NCBI GenBank assembly: GCA_039096935.1
Contig: JBBPEE010000035.1
Location: 868,001-932,000, forward strand
Direction: 5' to 3'
Source: Blastocystis sp. ATCC 50177/Nand II
Lineage: Eukaryota
Length of the DNA: 64,000 nt
The notes under the pieces are model-generated. The model was not told where the DNA came from and searched no databases. It worked only from the letters and a program-made list of their open reading frames with translations. Shown here piece by piece: positions 45,614 through 57,952 of this stretch. The number at the start of each line of letters is the position of its first letter. The first letter of the stretch is position 1. The position numbers and the translations under genes are program-made.

Positions 45614-48600
45614 ATGAATCTGAAGCAATCGCTCGACGTTGTTGACGACGAAACAACTGTCATTCAATATCCTTACAAAGTCCTTGCTGATTTCTTGTTC
45701 CCTTCACCGTTCACGCTTCTACTGAATGTCGATGAGAACATGCTGTGCATGAGGGATATTGCCACCAGGGGAAAGCGTTTTAGCTTCGGCTTTTTGCTTC
45801 CCGGAGCGAAGCTCGCCTCCCTCGTTTTCTGTATATATCAATCGTCATATCTAGGTGTGCAATCAGTATTACAATGCGCTGCAGACAAAACGGGAGTGGC
45901 TGTCCGGATTTGGGTCGTACTCAATAGTAGGACGGACAATCGCACTGTGATTCTGGTGAATCTTCTGAAACGCTTCGATTTGTACATTGACTCTCTCCTC
46001 TCCCACAATGCTCCTCACGTAGTCCTCCAATCTCATTCTTATTGTAGGATTTTATCTCCATTGTCTATGCAGTGCGCGGTATCAAGGACGTATCGCCGTT
46101 GCTGGGTGGTGATGATTAGAAGGGAAGCAAGCCCCTGTTTGTTTCTCCCCACCTCCACCTCTTCTTCCATTCCTTCGTGATTCTGAATGCGTTCCCCATC
46201 ACGGAATACGTGTTCGGAGACAATCAAGCTCATGCCCAAATCATCACGGTCGTGAAGGAGGACATGATGAAGCAGCTGCTGTACGTCCTCTGCGCCGTCG
46301 CAGAGTCCACGGACCTGTTCGCCTACCCCCTCTTCCCCTCCATTCTCTTCGTCTTCTTCGATGACAGAAATCGCCTCCAATTCTCGTTGCCTCGTTCTCT
46401 CCTCTTCACCCACCAGAACGCTTGACTCCAGCGGCGTCTTCCGCCTCCTCGACCGAACCGTCTGCTCCAGTTATGACCAGTTTGAGTGCCTCCTGTCCCA
46501 ATATCACGTCGTCATCGCAAATGGCAACACCATTGTAACTCTCTCCTCTTCCCTTTCCTGTAGACATCGTGGATGGTGCAGTACGCGAAGACGGTCGCAT
46601 GTACAGTGATCATTGATGGACAAGACAGTGGTCGCGACAACCAAATCTACCTGAACGAGCTGAAATCAAGCGAGAAGGCAAATCGTTCGCTTCTTCCTCT
46701 CCTCTCATTCTAGTTCTCTTCTCCTCCTTGTGCTGCCCCCAGTATTTGGACTTCCTCTCGCCCTCCTTCTCCTTCTCTCCCTCGCCCGTGTTCGTACCCT
46801 CACGCTCCATCTGGATGCGATACTGTCAACAACAACCCTCTCACTCCTGTTGTCGTGGCACCTTTGAAAAGAACCAAAAGGCCGCTTTGAAGAATCCCAT
46901 TTCCGATGAGCAGTTCACAGCACTGAAGTACCAAACAGACGCCATCACCATTCCTCCCCCCAAATCCCCCACTCTTTCAAACACCTATCTCGTGGATATC
47001 GAGCGAGCCAAAACCAAGTACGAAATCCAGCTCGATTTGCAGCTGTCTCCAAAGTGTCGTTTGATTGAGATGATCGTCCACCCCAAGCAGATTGCGCGTA
47101 AGGGTCTGCCCTGTTACCTGAAGCAGGATTTGGGCATTTTCTCGGATGCGTTGCCGTACGAGCACTATCCTGCGGTGGATTTGTACGACACGAATCTGGT
47201 GGAGGTGGAGTTTTTTGATATCCTTGAAACTGTCATGAAACGCCTTAACGACACTGCATCGTGTGCCCTTCGATTTGACTGCCGAGGAAATTGCACAGGT
47301 GGAGGCCTACTCGAAGAAAGTGTTGGCGACAGTGAAACACAACCAAGACGATTTGGTGGTCCACGAGTTGTTCGCGCCGCTGCGAGTGCGTGCTGAGCGT
47401 GTGTTGAGCCCCAACAGCGGGATGCGAGATGTGATTGACTGGAATGCGATCCGAGACTATCTCTCCTTCGAGATACCTCGTTTGTTTGTTCGGCTCTTTT
47501 CACTGTAGCGGCCACACACACCGTGCTGTCTGGCAACCTGCTGGAGAGTATTCAGAGCAACAAGCCCGTGTACGACTCCATCGTTTACACCTCCTACAAA
47601 CACAACTTCTATTGCTTCCTCAGCGTCGTTACGGATGCCACACCCATCTCCACCATCCCCACACAAACCAAAACGTACTTTTGTTCTTCTCCCCTCACTC
47701 CAGATTCCTCGACTGCTTCAGTCGCAAGCCCGAGGAGCGGATGGCGATCGACACAAACCAGCCAATGCTCCGTGCGCATGTCATGCCGCCCAACCTGCAA
47801 ATCAACTTGTACGAGCGACTGTTCCCCGACTCAAGCACCGTCTACCGCGTGCATCAGGAACACGGAGACGGCGACCGCGATCTTGTGTTTGATTACACGC
47901 TCACAAGAGAGATGATCCCCTCGTGTGAGCGCCCCGAAGAGGAGAAGGGAGTGGATTGGGTGATGAAGGAAGAGCGTTCCATCCGGGAGTTTCACAGCAA
48001 GATGAGTGGTGGGCGTTTCATTCTCCTTGTTCCGGATAGACTTCGCCGTTCCCACTTCCAAGGACTATTGCAATGTGTTTCTGATCCCCCAACTCACACT
48101 CTTCTTCCCCATGAAATACAGTCTCTTCAAGGCGTTTCTCTACCTCCCCTCCTGTCTCACCTATCTCAAAACCATCCATGGCATCAGCTCTCTCCAGCTG
48201 GAGTTGGAACGCTCTCTCAGCGTGCGCATGAACTACCTTCAGCTGGTGGAGGCCTTCACCTCCAAAGACGTCACTCAGTTCTTCAACTACGATCTTCTCG
48301 AAATCTACGGCGATGCTGTCGTCAAGTCTCCTTTCCTTCTCTCCCTCACTCCAAGGTACTTCGTCTGCTCGAAGCTGGTTCTCCTGAACGATGCAGACCA
48401 CCCCTCCGAGTACGAGAAGCGTAAATGGTTCCTCATCTCCAATCGACGGCTCGCCAACCGGGGTCTCGAACTCGGACTCGATCGCATCATTCGCTCGAAG
48501 ACACTGCCCTCCTTCTGGGGTAACTGCAATAAACTGAGGTGGGCGTTTCATTGAGAGGTGAGAAGGTAGTTACAACATCGTTGCGGATGTGTGCGAGGCA

Positions 48601-50024
48601 TTGATTGGAGCGGTTGCTTTCCACACGACCACCATTCAGGCACTTCGTGTGGCAGGGTTTATCATTGGGATTGGCAAGAACGAAATGCAGGTCCTGATTC
48701 AGGGACATAAGATGGGATATGTCCCCTATTGCGTTACCAAGCAGTTGGATGAAAACGACCCGATTCTGACCACGCAGGAGGCGTTACAACGCATCTCCAT
48801 CTTGGAGGGAATTCAACAGTGGTTTCCCCGTTTCTCCTTTCCCGTAGACACCATTACCGTTCTCAGTCCATGGCTTACATGTCCATCAACGCGTTCGTGC
48901 CGGGAAAGCCCTACTACAATTATCAAGTCGAATTCCGTCATTTCCATGATTGTTCAGATTCTCGAGTTTTTGGGAGATGCCGTGATCGAGTGGCTGGTGA
49001 TGGACCTGATCGTGGACATGGACCGCAATCACGTCGTCTCGCGCAATGTGAATGTCATGAATTGCGAGCATGGCACCATTCCTCTGTGTCCCTTCACCGT
49101 GTCCAGTAGAGGCTTTGTGGAGGTGTAATGAGCAGTTCTGAAGAAGAGTCTTGTGAGCAACAACCACTTTGCCGAAATCATGGTGAAAACGGGACTGTAC
49201 AAAGTTCTCTCGGTTTCGGACCAACGCTATGAGGAAGCGATGGCCTATGTACCCCATTTTGTCCGTGTCCCATATAGGCGAATTGGGTCTTCTCCAACCA
49301 ATACAACCCCAACTGGGACAAGGTGCGTATGAAGGATTACGTTGATTGCTACACGCGCATTTGTCACTATAACATCGTGCTGACAGAAAAAGACACTGGT
49401 TTCGGCGCGCGCGGTCCGTTCGAGAAGTTCTGTTTGGACTCCGTTGCCTTCTCTGAATCGAATGAAGCGTAGTTGTTCAAGCCGTTATCCTTCTGCGACT
49501 CGAAGCACGATTTGGAGGCGTTGTGTGAACCACCCAAGGTTTGTGTGTGTGTGATGCTTCAATGCAGGTGTTGGGTGATTTGTTCGAGGCCACGTTGGCT
49601 GGAATGTTCGTGGAGAGCGGTTTCGTGGCGTGAGGGCTGAGGGCGGTGTGTGAGAGTAGGTGTCAGAACCAGTACCGACAATGGTTCCAGGAGGACGTGC
49701 GGAAAGGTCTGGTGACGGGCGATCTGTTCGTGCGGATCCATGCTGCGTTGAGTGTGAGAGAAGACGTGCGGTGTGAGGTGAAGGTGGTGCTGAAGGCGTT
49801 GGGGCGGTGCATCGAGGACACGGAGGTGTCGTCCGGGTACTACGAGCAGTACAGACAATTCACGTTCTTCTTGAAGGGGAAGGAGCCGTTCGTTCTGGTG
49901 GAGTTGGTTCTTCCTTACGAAACGCCCCTGACGGAGGACATTGTGCTGCTCTCGCTGTGCAGGATGGCTTTGGAGCGGATATACGAGATTGTGAAACAAG
50001 TAGTGAGGCAAGAAGAGGAAAAAT
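45614..50024 (+). CDS. DCR: Dicer-like protein (degenerate helicase, two RNase III domains); stop completed by poly(A)
   Basis: RNase IIIa YDLLEIYGDAVVK..ISNRRL..ADVCEALIGA and RNase IIIb YQILEFLGDAVIE..LVSNNHF..PKVLGDLFEA. Ends EEEK-T(50024) GGAA TGTTTGTT. Confidence 0.85.
45667..45714 (+). other. Candidate U12-type AT-AC intron (48 nt, in frame)
   Basis: ATATCCTT...TTCCCTTCAC CGTTCAC. Removal gives IQLLLNVDENML..TRGKRF, closer to the Dicer N-terminal helicase spacing. Confidence 0.5.
47218..47254 (+). other. U12-type AT-AC intron (37 nt)
   Basis: ATATCCTT...CCTTAAC GACAC. Removal joins the frames of ORFs 46728 and 47263 (EFFVHRVPFDL). Confidence 0.88.
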
Positions 50025-50044
50025 GGAATGTTTGTTCGATTGCA

Positions 50045-50836
50045 CTAGGCCTGCGTTCCTGCGGCCTCCACGGGTGCCTCTTCAGCGGGCTGTTCTTCTT
50101 GCGCGGGTTTCTCCTCCACCGCCGCTTCTTCGACGGGATGTGCAACCTCTTGATGCTCGCTCGGTGGCTCCGAGGGAGTCTCTTTCGTTTCTTCTGTTTT
50201 CTTCTCTTCCGTTTGCTTTTCTTCCGTCTTTTCAACAGGAGCCTCCTCCTTGGCAATCTCCGGTTCCGTCACGGCTTCATGCACCAGCACCATGTCCTGA
50301 GACGGTTCACCCTCCAAGTAATCCGCAATGTAGTTCGACACTTCTCCAACAGCAAGGGTACCCACGGCTCCAGCGGTATTCAGCGCATCCTTCACCTTCT
50401 ACTCGTTATGTGAAAAGCAAGCAACCACTTCGGTAGCAGCAGCCACAATCGGAATGGAGCCAATGGCAGAAGCCACCTTCCCAATTCCCATCACACCATA
50501 GTCGAAAACCTCCGCTAGCCCGTTGACAACAGAGCCAAGCACGGAGGAAGACCCCGTGTTGAGACTATCGGCGTATATCATGATATCCGGATTTGCACTC
50601 TTTAACGCATTATACTCTGTCACCGCTTCACCGATAAGCTTCTCCCAGCCACTCTTCTCTTCCTCGGCACAGGAATCTTTGATTCTCTCGATATCATTCA
50701 TCACATCAATATATCTACACATGACAAGCGCCACAAGCAGCAACTTCAGCAATGACTCTTTGGTTCTTCCATTCAGGCCAGCGATTCTCGCTTCGTGTAG
50801 GTTTGCTTCGATTTCTTCTCTAGTCTTTGTAGACAT
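50045..50836 (-). CDS. Small protein with katanin-p60-like MIT domain and acidic tail, no AAA domain
   Basis: EIEANLHEARIAGLNG..SLLKYIDVMNDI..WEKLIGEAVTEY. TAG at 50047-50045. Confidence 0.55.
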
Positions 50837-51007
50837 CTCTTGGTTTGTAAACGTACAAAAAGTGACTTCCCAGTGAGAAGCACGGTGATTGGCTGCACCA
50901 ATTCTACAGGGATGATCGCAATTCGTGGGCCCATCATCCCACAAATTCAAATCGTCGTTGTGAAGCCGCGCTTTTCAGTTTTCACTATTTCTTTGTTCTA
51001 TTCGGAC

Positions 51008-52551
51008 ATGAGCACTGAGAAGAAGGTCGCTATGAAAACCGAGACGACTGAAGCTGCAAATGCGTTCGCTTGATGATTCACCGTCATTCCTAGTTATCTT
51101 CACAAACCAAGGGAGGAAATTGTACAAATGTGCGTGAACAACCCAACTGCATTGTTCTCGATTAAACAGACCGGTAATCCACTTCCAGTGGATTGTGCGT
51201 TGTTACATTGTGAGGATTCCGTTGTGCTGGAGATGAATGAAGAGAGAATAGTGATTGGTGATACTCAGTCCCATCAATTGTTGCGAGTGAATGATGAGGA
51301 TATGAAGGGAATTGAACACAATGTGGTGTTGGATATGAAGGAGAAAGGAGAGAGATGGGAAGGTGATGTGTTGAATGATCAACCCTATGGTTGGGGTGTG
51401 TTGTATGACAGTGAGAACAGAATGGTGTATGAAGGGTTTAGAATTGGAGAAGTGAATGTGTGTTATGGTAGGAGTTACTATCCAGACAATCAGAAGGTTG
51501 AGTATGAAGGCGAATGGTGTGAGGGCAATCGAATGGGTGCTGGTGTGTTGTATGATCGAAGTGAGGTGGTGATTCATGAAGGAGAGTGGGTGAACAACCG
51601 TCCATTGTTGACGCGAGTGGAGATGACAGACAAGAACCCTGTTCTTCACAATCGTATTGAAGAACTGATCGTGAAGAACAAGAGTTGTAATGGAAAGGAA
51701 TGGAAATCACTTGACTTGTCTCTTTTATCGAAGCTGAGGAAGCTGAGAATTGGTGATGAGTGTTTCAATGAGGTGGAGAGGGTGAAGTTGAATGGACTGA
51801 ATGAGTTGGAGAGTGTAGTTGTTGGAGATAACAGCTTTACAGCCCAGGGGGAGTTTGACCCCTTTACATTCATAACATATGATGCTATGCCATTTGAAAT
51901 GAAGGATTGCGAGAAGTTGAAGGAGTTGATCATTGGTGAAGAATCATTCGGCTTCTTTAATGTGTTTTCTCTCGAAAACACTCCTTCTATGGAGAGAATC
52001 ATTATGAAGAGGGAGAACTTCTGCGCTGCATCATGTCGGTTTCATGGTTGTGGCTTGATGATAAACTGACTTCTAGACATGCCAAAACTGAAACGTATGG
52101 AGTTTGGTCCGGAAGCCTTTGCTGGATGCATGAAAGCCACATTTGAGAGTGGGTTCAGTTCAGTGCTTTGAGCCGTAGATCTTCCCGAACTACGCTCAAT
52201 CGTGTTTGCAATTGACTCATTTAAGTTCAATAAGCGCTGCTATGAAGATACTGAACTGACTATGCGAAGTCTCTGTTTTCTCCCACCGTCACAATTAGAT
52301 TTACCAAAACTAAAGACTTGTAAAGTCATACCTCGGAGGAGTGCGACATTCGTATACTTGTATAGCGCAATCCTGGAGAGTACTAGTTCGTTCACTCTTT
52401 GATGATTAGATATCCCTTTGGCTGATGATGTGCTGTTCTTTTCCGAGGCTTTCAACTATGTCCAGAATTTCAGCCTTAAGAGTATTCAAAGCATGTTCAG
52501 GTTATTTATAGACATTTCTCAACCCTTATTGAAGTATTTTGTGAGGGAGTA
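51008..52551 (+). CDS. MORN + LRR protein (same family as 2947-6214); stop completed by poly(A)
   Basis: LLRVNDED..GERWEGDVLNDQPYGWGVLYDSE..YEGFRIGEVNVCYG, then LRR exons. Ends KYFVRE-TA(52550-1) TTGT TGTTTGTC. Confidence 0.85.
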
Positions 52552-52767
52552 TTGTTGTTTGTCTGAATACGCAATTCCAAAGATGTCGTGCTTTCATTTT
52601 CATTCCCCTGTACTATCCCTTCCAGTGCATCTCCAATTTACAATAGATATAGACTAATAAAAGAATGAACGATCCACACAGAAACAGCCTCCTACCATCC
52701 AATCCTCACTCACACATTCCAACCCATTACAAAACTCCTTGCATAGCTATCTTCCAACAAACACCCC

Positions 52768-55700
52768 ATTCTACAACGTCCATCTCCTTCCATTGCTCCA
52801 TGTAGCTCTGTCTCCTCACCTCGTACCACTGACTCACAATCTGCATCATGTGCGTCACGTCCTTCACCTACGCCTCACCCTCTCTCTCCTCACCCACCTC
52901 AAAGCTCTTCACCTCCTCCTCCTCCTTCCGCTCACACGGGTAGTACTCGTTCTCCACCAACGCCAGCTTCACCGGCTTCTCCAACAACACATCCATAATT
53001 GGCTTCAGCTCCGCACACTCGCGGAACAGGCTCGCACGGCAGAACACGTACAGGCCCAGCTTCGCGCGCGACACGCCCACCAGCAGGCGCCGCACGTCTC
53101 GCAGGTACCCCACCGAGCGCGTGCGCACCAGCGACAGAAGCACGATCTCGTTCTGCTGGCCCTGGTACTTGTCGATCGTCGTCACCTTCCTTGGCATGCC
53201 GAACAGCGGGTTCTTCTTGCACCGCTCCTTCAGCTTCGCCTGAATGCACTCACGCTGGCTCTTGTAGGCGGACAGAATCGTGATGATTTCCGCCGGGTAC
53301 CCGCAGAGACGCAAATACTCGAAGAACGCCACCACGTACTCCGCCTCACCCTCGTTCTTCACGCTGTGGTCCGCCGTGCTCACCTCGCCTTGGTTCGCAT
53401 AGTCCTCCACGTCCACCACTTGACACACATACCGCAGGCAGGCGTTCGCGCGCGTCGCCGTCGCCGGCAGTGCCGCGGGCAGGTTGCGCAGATTCTCGTA
53501 CCGCCACGCGAACAGGCGCGCCAGCGCGGGGCGGCAACGGCCCTGCGCGTCCAGCTGCACCGTGGGCACCTTCAGGCGGATCAGCCGCGCGAACAGCGAC
53601 TGGTCCAGCCCGCAGGCGTGCGCCAGCGTCGCGCTCTGCACGATGGGCGGCAGCTGGTGGACGTCGCCCAGCAGCACCACGCGCTTCAGCCGACAGCCCT
53701 CCATGCCCGGCTCCTACGCCTTACCTGCCTCCATCACACCCACCTGTAACAGCAGCGGAATCAGCGTCTCCAGCTCCAGGATCTGCCCCGCCTCCTCCAC
53801 GATCACCGTGTCCACCTTCAGCCCGCTCGCCGCCAGCTGTTGGCGCATCAGCGCCGCGTGCGTGCACGTCATCGCCACCACGCGCGCCTCCTGCGCCAGC
53901 ACGAACTCCGTGCGGTGCCGGTTCGTGCGGAGCAGCTCGAACGCGCGGTACTCCTTCAGCTCTGCGAACAGCTCGTGTAGACTCGCCGCACACCCACGCG
54001 CCCGCTCCGCCTGCGCCGCCTCGCTCAGGTCCCGCGGGAACAGCGGCTCCTCACCCAGGAAGAACAGCTTGAACGGGAACAGCGCGCCCAGTTCCGAGTC
54101 GTTCAGCGCCGCCCACCGCGCCGCCTGCGCCTTTTGCTCCTCCGACGCGTTCGCGTGCAGCGCGCGACACTGCGCCTTCTCCGCCTCGCTCGCCTCGCCC
54201 GCCAGCACGCGCTCCAGCGCTTCCAGCCGCGGCCGCACCGCCGACTGCTCGAAGAAGCCCGCCGTCTCGCACGAGTACGCCACGTCCTCCGCCGCGCCCA
54301 GACTCACCGCCAGCCGGCGCACCTCCTCCAGCAGTGTCTGACAGCGCCGCAGACAGAAGTCGATGCGTCCGAGGCGCGTGAAGTCCTGCTGCAACTCCAG
54401 CTCGCGCTCGCCCTGCCCCAGCCGCAGCAGGTGCCGCTTCGCCACGGCGCGGCTCGCGATCTTCTCGAAGAGGTCGTTGAGCGCGTGGTTGCTGCGCGCC
54501 ACGAATAGCACGCGCTGCTCGGGGTGACTGCGGTACAGCGTCGCGATCAGCTGCACCGCCACGTCCGTCTTGCCCGTGCCCGGCGGGCCCTCGATCACCG
54601 TCAGGCCCTCCTGCAGTCCCGACCGGATCGCCTCCACTTGCGTCGGCGTGAACCGCACGCCCGCGCGCCGCGTCGCGGGGTGCAGCGAGAAGGGCTCGTA
54701 CTCCTCGCGCCGCCCGCCCGCCGACGGCGAGCACACGATCTCGTCCTCCTCGAAAGTCAGCTTGTACGGCGGCGCCAGCGTCTCCACCGTCGCGCCGCTC
54801 TTGCTCTGGAAGCGCACGGTCATCTGCGGGAAGCTGGCGCGCACGTGCGCCGCGTCCTCGAAGGTGTCGCCGAAGTCCACGGTGCTGCTCTGTGCGAGGG
54901 CGCTGTAGTGTGCCGCCGCGGGGTTGCCGCGCCCCAGCAGCACGTTCCAGAGCCAGTGGGGAAGCGGTAGGCGGGCGGTCGGCTCGTTCAGCAGCGCTCG
55001 CGTCGTCTCCAGCACCGCCTTGAAGTTGTTCTTGGCGGGGTCGCGCCGCAGCAGCAGGTTGAAGGTCTCGTAGCGACGACGCTGCGGTTGGCGCGCCTCC
55101 TCCTCCATGTCCAGCTGGTATTGTCGCGGGTCGAACCGCACCGTCAGCTTGCGCAGCTTGCCCGCGCGCTTGAGTCGCGTGTCGGGGTGCGTCAGATCGT
55201 TGAGCCGCACGCCCTCCTCGTCCTCCATCGCCACCACCTCACACCCGCGCAGCGTCATCACGCCCTCCTCCGCCAGGAACGCGCTGCCCTGCGCCACGGC
55301 GTCGTCCTTCTCTCCCTCTCGCCCACTCTCCTTCTTCGCGCCGTACTCGTACTCGTCGTCGCGCACGCGGCCCTCCACCTGCGCCACGAACACCACGTCG
55401 TGCTCGCGCAGCGCCTCCCACTCCTTGCGCGTCTCGCCCTTCAGCCCGTGCAGCGAGAACAGGATCTCGCCGCGCACCTCCGCCGGCAGCGCCTCGCCCA
55501 CCTGCGCTTGCCGCACCTCCGTCAGGCGGAAGGAGTGGATCGCCACGCCCATGCGCGACTGTCCCGCGAACACCGTGTCGCCTTGCAGGTCCAGCCGGCA
55601 GCGCATCGCGTGGATCGCCTCGCCCAGCTCCGCGCGCACCTGCCCGTAGGCCTCTGCCTGGTACAGCAAAAAGTTGCGCTGGAAGAAGTCGCCGTAGGAC

Positions 55701-57124
55701 AGGTACTGCAGGTTCAGCGTCGGCAGCAGCAGCGGCGAGTCCTCCGCGTCGCGCCACAGCCGCGTCTCCGTCGGCAGCAGCGGTAGTGCGTTGATGGTGT
55801 CCAGCGTGGAGTGCGGCCGCGCGTACTCTGTCGTGATGATTTCTGTTAGTAGCTCGGGGGAGTAGGTGGGTGTGGGTTGCATAGTGGGTTGAGAGGTGGT
55901 GGGTTGCATAGTGGGTTGAGAGGTGGTGGGTTGCATGGTGGGTTGCATGGTGGGTTGAGTAGTGGGTTGCATGGTGGGTTGAGAGGTGGTGGGTTGAGTG
56001 GCAACAGGCGGAACGAGACGCAGATGAACAGCAAGATCGCGAAGTTGGACAGCGGGAAGCTTGCTCAGGTGCTGCGCGAGGAGGGCGCGGTCGCCGAGCT
56101 GCTGCACCGAGGCCATGCACAGCTCCTCCAGCTCCCTGCGGTAGTACCTACGCCTCACCGCCTCACCCCTCGCCCACTTGAACAGCACGCGCTGCAGCAC
56201 CAGCACCTTGCGGTAGTACCGCTGCGCCGCCTGCTCCTCCGTCAGCACCGCGCCGCTCCACTCGTCCACCTCCATGTCCGCCACCTCCTCCAGCCGACAC
56301 AGCTGCTGCGCGAACACCGCCGAGGCCACGTGGGCGCAGCGACTGCGCGGCAGCAGCGCCGCGTCCTTCAGGAACACCAGCAGGTAGCGGCGTGTGGTGA
56401 ACTGCGAGAGCAGCTCCGTGAACAGCTCCACCACGCACTGGCAGACGGGGAGGGCGGTGGAGAGCGCGGCGAAGTAGGTGCTCACCAGCGCAGGGAAGAA
56501 GCCGGAGGTGCGCGGCAGAGAGGGCGAGATGGCACTCGCGGGAAGGGAAGCGAGGAGGGAGTGGGCCGCACGAATGGCCTCCACGGGGTCCTCACTGAGA
56601 GCATCGTCGTAGGTGGAGAGGAACTCCGAAACGGTAGATGGGCAATCCTTCAACGCGGCGTAGGAAGACAGCATGCGCTTCGTCTCCATCACTTCCCACG
56701 TCACTTTCAGACGCGCGTTTTGACTCAGCTCGTAATCGCGTCGGCGTTTGTGAACATGATACCACAGCTGCAGACTGCACAGCGGCAGTACTTGCCGACG
56801 AATGCACTCCACTTCCAGCGACTACCATTCAGACCAGAATGAGCAACACCCACACGGAAGGCGTATTTGAAGAAGGCAATCACTGTAGGGTATTCCTCCA
56901 TTGTCAGCTCCCCATTCAGCACAAAATCAATCACTCGGGTGAACAGGAGACCGAACTTGTCCTCGTCGTGGATGAACAATTCCCATCCTATTGCAATGAA
57001 TGCAGCTACGTAATGACTTACCATTGATGCCCTCATCCCACTTCCTCACGATCACTTGAACGAGAGAGAGAACTGCGGCCTTGTCGGACGTATCATCAAA
57101 TGAATTCCACTGCTCCAATTCCAT
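52768..57124 (-). CDS. AQR: Intron-binding RNA helicase Aquarius; stop completed by poly(A)
   Basis: LPTLNLQYL, RRDPAKNNFKAVLET, RFTPTQVEAIRSG, GPPGTGKTD, MTCTHAA, EEAGQILE, DKYQGQQN, RDVRRL. Ends MDVVE-T(52768) GGGG TGTTTGTT. Confidence 0.93.
55866..55999 (-). repeat. Coding (QPTT/QPTM/QPTTS)n insertion in Aquarius
   Basis: 12-15-bp units CAACCCAC.. in frame within ORF 53714-56812. Confidence 0.85.
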
Positions 57125-57303
57125 TCCGGTGAATTTGATGAAGGAAGGCAGTGAATGAGTGATTTGTGATAGGGATGCAAATCACCCTATTTTCATAACC
57201 AGCATTGCATAGAAAGAGATTGGAGAGAAGGAGAGGGAAAGGAGGCGAGTATGACAATCAAACAGGAAACTCACTCAGATTTGAATGTTACATAAACAGA
57301 GAG

Positions 57304-57633
57304 ATGGGATTACTGCTTCTCCTCGTGCTGCTTCTGGTATTCGGCTTCTCTGCGTTTATGACTACGATTCACTCCAATTCAGCACGCACACTCCTCATAC
57401 TGGCACTTCTCATACTCATGGCGCAATTCCTGGCACTTGTTCATGCGGTAGTAGTTATCTCTTCTACACTCGTTCAGCTTGATGAGAACATGAGCGCACA
57501 CATCACGCCACGCGGGAGGAATGCGTGCAGCCTTCATCTCTTCTTCCGTGGCAATCATCTTGGCTATGGATTAAGGGGAAGAGATAGAGAGGATTACGAG
57601 GCTCCATTGTGTTGTAGTTGCTGTAGATTGTGA
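57304..57633 (+). CDS. Possible small hydrophobic membrane protein
   Basis: MGLLLLLVLLLVFGFSAF.. has two hydrophobic stretches and an otherwise orphan TGTTTGTT lies at 57827. No family recognised. Confidence 0.25.
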   Translation: MGLLLLLVLLLVFGFSAFMTTIHSNSARTLLILALLILMAQFLALVHAVVVISSTLVQLDENMSAHITPRGRNACSLHLFFRGNHLGYGLRGRDREDYEAPLCCSCCRL

Positions 57634-57952
57634 GAAAACAGGAGAAGGGGTGTGAAATGGAATTGTTGGGATGTGTGGGATCGGAGGGAAATAAGAAGTA
57701 AGAGTGATGTCACGATACTTACACACAAAGGAAGAGACAGGAATGAAAGAGAACGCAATTCGCAATCCCATCACATCTCACTCCCATTCCCTTCCAATCA
57801 CTTCCTATCATTCCCCTATTCACTCTTGTTTGTTTCACCCCCACTTGTAAGGGGGTCCCTATTCTCCCCACCACCCTCTCCACGACACAATCGCACCCCC
57901 TGGGTTTGGATTTCATCCCAATTTCCTCCCTGTCTACAAACCCTACAGCAAA

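Noticed and set aside
50025..50413. C-terminal half of ORF 49646-50413
   Set aside because: It lies beyond the Dicer poly(A)-stop and is antisense to the 50045-50836 gene.
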